This document shows positions 57,280 to 64,000 of a DNA stretch of 64,000 nucleotides, piece by piece (within the stretch, counting starts at the first letter, position 1; every line of letters begins with the position of its first letter). This DNA comes from Mytilus californianus. Taxonomy: Eukaryota. Below the pieces are notes generated by a model. It was given only the letters and a program-made list of their open reading frames with translations. It did no database searches and was not told where the DNA came from. The position numbers and the translations under genes were made by a program. The stretch covers positions 62,434,001-62,498,000 of the forward strand of contig NW_026262723.1 of assembly GCF_021869535.1 (NCBI RefSeq). Reading direction: 5' to 3'.

Positions 57280-58030
57280 CTGTTCCGTCGGCTAAACAAT
57301 GTATTAGTTTGTAATTAGGTCAGTATAAGGGGAACCACTGGTGGTAGATCAATGGTATTTGGTATGCAGTTGTACTAACATTGGAACATCTCATTTCTTT
57401 GGAGAATATTTGGTCCCACCTCCTCGGTCATAAACCATTGACTTTGAAACTTTTCTTAGTTTACATGTTAAAGCTTGCGATTAGGTCAGTATAAGGGGAC
57501 CACTATAGTGGGAGGTCACTGATATTTGGTATGTAGTTGTTAAAGCATTGATATTTCTCGTTTCCAAGGAGATTATTTCCCCCCTCCTCAGTGATGATCT
57601 ATTGAAACTTTTGCATCTATAGCTTACATGTTAAAATTTTAGATTAGGTCAGTTTAAGATGAACCACTAATGGTATAGGTCAATGATATTTGGTATGCAG
57701 TTGTAATAACATTTGCACGTCTTATTTCCATGAAAATTATATGGCCCCATCCTCTCTTCATGGTTCATTGACTTTGAAAATTTGGATTGTTTACATGTTA
57801 ATGCCAAGTTGTGTTTAGGTTAGTTTAAAGGGAAGCAATGACTTAGGAAATAGTTGTGTTTAGGTTAGTTTAAAGGGAAGCAATGACTTAGGAAAAGTCA
57901 ATGGTATTAGGTATGCAGTTGTATAAGCATTAAGCATTGGCATTTTTCAATTCAACGGAGATTATTTGGCCATGTAACTTCAGTCATGGTTGGTTGCCTT
58001 TGAAAGTTTTGCGTAGTCTATACATGTTAA
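57280..58030 (+). repeat. Family-C tandem array, about four units of 162-172 bp, with an internal 45-bp duplication
   Basis: Unit starts at ~57311, 57477, 57639 and 57811; direct duplication at 57807-57895 (period 45). Confidence 0.8.
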
Positions 58031-59729
58031 AGTATTGCCTTATTTATATCAACATTTTATGAAAATATCAAAATTACATTTTTATGCTGCATTATACTTT
58101 TAGAAAATATCTCATTTGTTGCAGTTTTTGCTAAATTTAAGTTTCACTCTTCAAAATTGTAGGGCAAATGTGTCACACAGTTTATACAACACATTATAGG
58201 AAGAATAAGTATATGTATTTGTATGATATTTTTTTTTAAATCAAATTATTTAAAACTCTCTTTCAGGTAAATGATATTGATGGTCTCAAACAACGTTCAC
58301 TTTCTTTCATAAATGTTACACCACATATTGAGTGGAAATCAATAGTAATATGAAATATTTATAATATTTACACGTATATAGTATCTGCCAATAATAAATC
58401 GATTATGTATATGTATGACATTAAAACATGGAGTTGCCAAGGGAAGGGACGTGTTGGGTTTAAACAATGTGGGTTTTATTTACTATACTACACAGTATCA
58501 AACAACAAACAATTCCCTATATGTTTAAAATCTACACGCCTTGACATCTAAGTAAACACCGAGGAAAGTTATTAAAAAAAATTTGAACATGTCTAAACTG
58601 GAATTTTTCATTGCACAGAAATTCACACAACACACACACATACTTCTCGTACTCAGCGTAATGGCAATCCAAAATTCAGCCATTTTCAAAAGTGAAATTA
58701 ACCGATTGATTTTTTTCTTTAATGTCCAATGGCATATATGTCATGCATGCGCATGACGAGAACAAATGAAAAGCAAAGATAACTCCCCCTAAAGTGTATA
58801 TCATCAGGTCATCTTTGCCGAACTGATATGCATAAACGTTATAGTAATACTACAGTTTGTCTTCTTTAAAAGTTCTTATTATGGAGAAAGTTGAACTTTT
58901 ATAAAGTTAATTTTCTGTTATTGTGAATCATCTCAGTATATACACCGCATGTTACAAAAGGCAAACATACATACAAAAATACAATATACTAGCTATAGTA
59001 AACGAGGAATAAGGAGGAGCAAAACGAAATGAGAAATATTACTAGCCGACAATTGCACATTGAATTCAATTTACATTAAACTTTCGTCGAACGGACTTTA
59101 GACAAGAAGGAAAACAAAAACTACATGCACAAATTCTTTGGTTCGTTTAGGTTAAAAGTAGAAAATTGAAAGACGGTATTTATCATTTTTACAACTACTT
59201 TCTTTTCTAATTTTTTCTCTTGTAAACAATTGCCAATACGTTATTAAATCGCTTGCCAACTATTATTTATGTATATCATGAACAAAAGTTTGTTTATGTA
59301 TGAAGTTAACGAGAAAATTATTGGTAAATATTTGTGTTCCTTTCAAAATGTTTAGTTACGAAATTGGATTGCGTGTTCCCTTAATGAAAAGATGTTTAAA
59401 TAAGATAAAACGTGATTTTGAATATTTCAAATATATGTATGTTCAAGATTTTGATAAGTGTAGATATTAATCCGTTAATGGCTTGATTTTATGAAAGAAA
59501 ATTGATTACTTTTACATACAAATTATTCTTTTAAATTACAAGAGAAAATGAGGTAAGAAAATAATTAAAATTCTTTAAAAATCAAATCTGTTGAAAAACA
59601 TATCCAGTCACACATGACCATAACATTCGAGTTTCACTCCTCTTTTTATGATCTTTTAAATACCCCATGATCAAGGTAATTCAAATCTTTTCAAAATAGA
59701 TATTTACCAAGTTCTCTTAACAAGTTGAA

Positions 59730-60798
59730 ACAAGAATGCACACACTTAAATATCTCGCATGTGAGATGATGATTGAATTTATGATTAAATAATAAGAAAG
59801 AAAGAAATAAAAACACAAAAAAAAAAAACCCATACAGTTTTTTATCAGTCAGTAAACCATGAAAATGAGGTCAAGGTCTATCAAATCAAATCAGTCAATT
59901 TATTGATTTAAAGTCGGTAAAAAGAATACAATACAGTAAAACGTTAAGCTCTTCGGAGTTTTATAAACCCGACGTACTAAAAGTACAAACTTAACAAATA
60001 ACATCAGACAAACACTAGCAAAACAATGATAGCAGGATTAAAATATAAACTAACAAAGCTAAAAACTATAATATTTTACAATGAGTAGTAGCGCCCCTTG
60101 TATCATTTGATAGGTCATTCCACAATTTAGGAGCAGCGTACTTCACAGAATGTAAGCCATACCTAGTTGTATTCACCCTTGGAACACCAACACTATTACT
60201 ATATCTAAAAGAGTAAGAATTTTGTTTTATAACAATGAAAGCATGTAGATAAGCAGGTGTCTCCTTATTGATAATTTAAAATACTTCAATAGCTAAAAAA
60301 TCTCATTCTTCTTGATTTTAAAGACGGTAATTTAGACTTTTCAAATAGCTGATCATATGAGCTATTTTCATCGTCATATATTAATTTCAAAGCTCTCTTG
60401 TATCTTTTCTTATTTTCGGTGTTTGTCTTACCACAAAAATGCCAAACAAAAGGGCAATAATCATAAAATTTGACAAAATAAAAGAATAGTATATGGTAAG
60501 TTTGTCCAGTTTATTTAAATGTTTACCGATTCTCTTCGGGACATTAAAATGTTGTGATGCCTTTCTACAAATGTTAGATATATAACTATTAAAATTTAAT
60601 TTAAAGTCAAAAGTGACACCCGAAATAAAAATACGACAGAAACTTAAAATAAGGTATCTGTATACAAGGTATATATGAAGTTATCCCGGTTGTCTGCCTT
60701 CTGAAATTCAAATCTTTATACATATAGTTAACGCCGCAGCCGGATAAGCATATACCTGTCTCGTATTCTGCGACTTCCGTCACAGGCGAGACAAAAAA
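59730..60798 (-). mobile_element. Family-F HINE-like element split by a LINE fragment
   Basis: Head TTTTTTGTCTCGCCTGTGACGGAAGTCGCAG at ~60798 (minus); CATGAAAATGAGGTCAAGG unit remnant and 3' end AACAAGAATGCACAC near 59730. Confidence 0.65.
59881..60625 (-). mobile_element. 5'-truncated CR1/L2-group LINE, 3' fragment
   Basis: The minus frame gives GVTFDFKLNFNSYISNICRKAS..KRIGKHL..DYCPFVWHFCG..RALKLIY..LPSLKSRR..YAAPKLWNDL; tail is AATAAA plus (TTTGA)n at ~59881-59902. Confidence 0.85.
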
Positions 60799-61774
60799 TG
60801 GGATCGATATCAAGTGTCAAAGGAACAGTGGCTTTATTGCTGTTATTCTCCTTCCCCTTGAAGTTACTGCACGGTCTTCAAGGATGATGATAATATTCAC
60901 ACTATATATAATGTCTACATACTATTTATTTTATTAAATGAACATGTGTCGGTGCAATCAATAAGCTACATGTTAAACCAGTGAAGTGTTCCACAATTTA
61001 TATTAGTCATTTCCCAACAACTACAAAAAAATTATTATAGATTTTAAATAGCAACTGTGCCTAAAATGAAATATGATGAAGCAGTTTAAAAATAAGTTGT
61101 CTCATAAACAAGCATTCTATAGCTGACAAATAATAAGAGAATATACCTCAAACACAGCAGATGACACAAACTTCGGCTATAAGTAGAACAGAAAAATATA
61201 GTTTGTGAATGTTTACAAGACAAATGCAAATGTCACAAATTACAAGGACAAAACTAATATATATGAATCTTTACAGTTACTGTTATCTTTAACGATAATC
61301 GAAATCTTCACATTACAAGCTCAATTTAGATGCAACACAAATATATACATAACTTTACTAATTGTGTCTGCTTATCAGATGGATGTACACCATGAAAGTC
61401 TTTCAAACAAGAGGACGGTCGATTAACAGCATTATAATAAATCTGTCGTGTGGACAGGATGATTTCCTCCATTGTGATTATTCTAACGTCCTATTTTCTC
61501 TAACCCCTGAATGTCATTTCGATTTAATTTTGAATAATTATAATTCATAAACAGTCTAAAGTATACCAACTACAACAAAACACAAGAAATCTGTAGATAC
61601 TTATTAAACAGACATATTATAAAGGATAAACTAAATAGTGTGCCTGTATAAACTGTTTGTCTGTTTATAGTTAATGGTATTCATGCTGGTAAAAGTTTTC
61701 AAACTAGACCATTAAGAATGATTTGGCGAAGTTTCCAGCTGGCAGAATGGTGTCAGCGGATTTTTTTTTCAATG

Positions 61775-62130
61775 ATTGATAAGTGTTGCTTGCTCAATGA
61801 CAAGTATTGCATGCATATTCAGGACAAGAAACTATTAACAATTAAATACAGAAGGTATGATCTGCAGGGTGAGACAATATGGACAAACCCAAGGAAACTT
61901 GGAGTGCAAGTGGAATACAATGGTAGTTTAAATAGTTGCAGAAATTTGCCTTGTAACAGGCCACCTTCGGATCCTTCATAATTGTTGCAAGTGTGGCCCT
62001 TTCTACATCATACATGAGATTTAACGTCCAATTCTGACCGGACGTGGCTGCAAATTTATTTATCCCACACAGCCAAGTACAAGCCCTACTTTGGCAAGGG
62101 TTTAACTACTGGTCGGAAGAAGACCATGGC
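61775..62130. repeat. Second copy of interspersed repeat family G
   Basis: Aligns with 14170-14560 in the same orientation. Confidence 0.6.
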
Positions 62131-62798
62131 GACCATATTTGGTCTATACCCAAATCACCCTTGTTTTTTTAATAAAGATAAAACGCTAGAAGGAAGTCAA
62201 GCATGACAGGCGTATGAGCACACTATAGCACTTCAGACAAGGTGAGCAAACAGGACAACACTTTTACAGATGACATAAGCTAGGTAGTTGCATCCAATGT
62301 CTTATATTTTTGTCTTTTCCATAATTTTTTTCTATATCATTCCTATTAAAGGTTCCAGAGACATGTGCTGTGTGCATGAATTAAAATTATTTTTTTTTAT
62401 TTATACTATATAAAAATACGGAGATGAGGTATGATTGCCAATGAGACAACTATCCACCAAAGTTCAAATAAAATGGATGTAATCAATAATAGGCAACCGT
62501 ATATGACACTTATTCACACTTTTCTAAATGATGAAATTGCATCTGCTAAAGGTATTAAAATATTAATATATAATAAGGATATGTGTTATGATGGCCAATG
62601 AGACATATATCCACCAGAGTCAAAAAGACCTGGATTAACCAACTATAGGTCATGGTACAGCCTTCAACAATAAGCAAACTAATGCCTTATAAACCCTGCT
62701 ATAAAAGGCCATGCCATGACAAACTGTGAAACAATTCAAACGAAAATACTAACAGCCTGATTTATGACAAAACAACAAAACAAAATGATAGACAGCTA

Positions 62799-63023
62799 CA
62801 CATGTAGAAACATATAAAATATTAAGAATGTGTATCCAAAGCTATAAACTGACCAGTTGCTGCAACAAACTAAATGTTCTGATTAATGAATACCAATAAA
62901 TTACAGGCTCTAGACTTGGGATGGGCACATGTAGAAACATATAAAATATTAAGAATGTTTATCCAAAGCTATAAACTGACCAGTTGCTGCAACAAACTAA
63001 ATGTTCTGATTAATGAATACCAA
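62799..63023. repeat. 98-bp direct repeat pair with a 29-bp spacer
   Basis: 62799-62896 and 62926-63023 differ at one position. Confidence 0.95.
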
Positions 63024-64000
63024 GTAGCTGTCAAAAGTGGCAATAAAAATGTATCACAAGTATACAATATTATAAATTTTATTCTTTTGATACAAAAATA
63101 TTAAATCTCCACAAAATATAACATAAATGAGAATTCTTGAACACACATAAATGCCCACAATCATACAAAAATAAATGTATTTTTCATCCATACTTTCAAT
63201 GGGACTGATTCAGCATAAATAAATTTAATGCAGGACTTTCAAAATTATTAAAGTGGGTGTCTATAATGACTAAAATTAGGCACCTAGATTCTGTATGAAA
63301 AAAGACAAAGTAGTTGGTTAAATTCTGTTAATAACAAAAAATTGCAATTGCTTCCTGCCTGTTTTAGAACAAGAGTATTGATCAAGATGTGCAATATTTT
63401 GAAATATTTTTTGTAAGACCATACAAACTTCAAAGTTTTATACTTCCCAAGTATGCAAATTTCAGGTAAACAATTTTTGTTCACATTGACTAAAAACTAA
63501 CTACCCTTCAATAACGTTGTGATCAAATCAAACAATGACTTACTGTCGTCATATTTCAGCAATAAACCAAACAACCAACTTTACTAAATAAATAAGTGAA
63601 TTTTAACATGTGAAAAAACCTCTCATACAATAATATACATAACTTTATAACAAAAACACTTTCTAAGACATACTCACAAGAAAACACAACAAACAGTTAA
63701 TATATGCTATAACAAAAGTTACATAACAGAAAACAGATAACAGAAAGAAATCTTTGATTTAATAAAGATTTCTAAACCGGTAAAAAGGCAGATCTCAAGA
63801 GGTTAAGTTTTCTTTGCAAATTTCATCAGTATTTAAAATACAAGTCCTTTTTAAATCTCTTTACTTATCATTTCCCCACTTAAATGTAGCAAAAAGACAC
63901 AGACATAATGCTGAATTTGTAAAAGAAAAAGCATAACTGACAGAAAAAGCCAGTGATTGACAACATTTCAATTAAAGAATGAAATTCTAATACATGTGTT

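Noticed and set aside
63060-64000. Possible 3'UTR of a minus-strand neighbour gene (AATAAA near 63080, T-rich on the minus strand)
   Set aside because: No coding exon or splice evidence lies inside the window; composition alone is insufficient.

Overview
AT-rich eukaryotic genomic DNA with spliceosomal introns and no prokaryotic features. The repeat content looks like a bivalve mollusc, possibly Mytilus; this is inferred from recalled repeat structure, not from a search. The window holds an alpha-tubulin cluster. Four intact genes share one 3-exon layout (ATG-only exon 1, 223-bp exon 2, ~1.12-1.13-kb exon 3): A (+, 10995-13873, strongly divergent), B (+, 17339-20303), C (+, 31393-34234) and D (-, 51972-54950). 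A fifth, decayed exon-3 remnant (-, ~26460-26611) is missed by the ORF track. B, C and D are near-identical inside exons but mosaic, diverged at exon edges and unrelated in introns, which suggests exon-limited gene conversion. C keeps a diverged island at the M-loop. A, B and C share TATA promoters and a downstream 5' motif, whereas D has a double CCAAT promoter. The spacers are filled with nested non-autonomous DINE-1/Helentron-like (HINE) elements carrying ~147-170-bp tandem arrays, MITEs (one appears to leave no target-site duplication), foldback palindromes, three LINE fragments and a truncated pogo/Tigger-like transposon. No tRNA, rRNA or CRISPR array was found. All coordinates, counts and alignments were done by eye.
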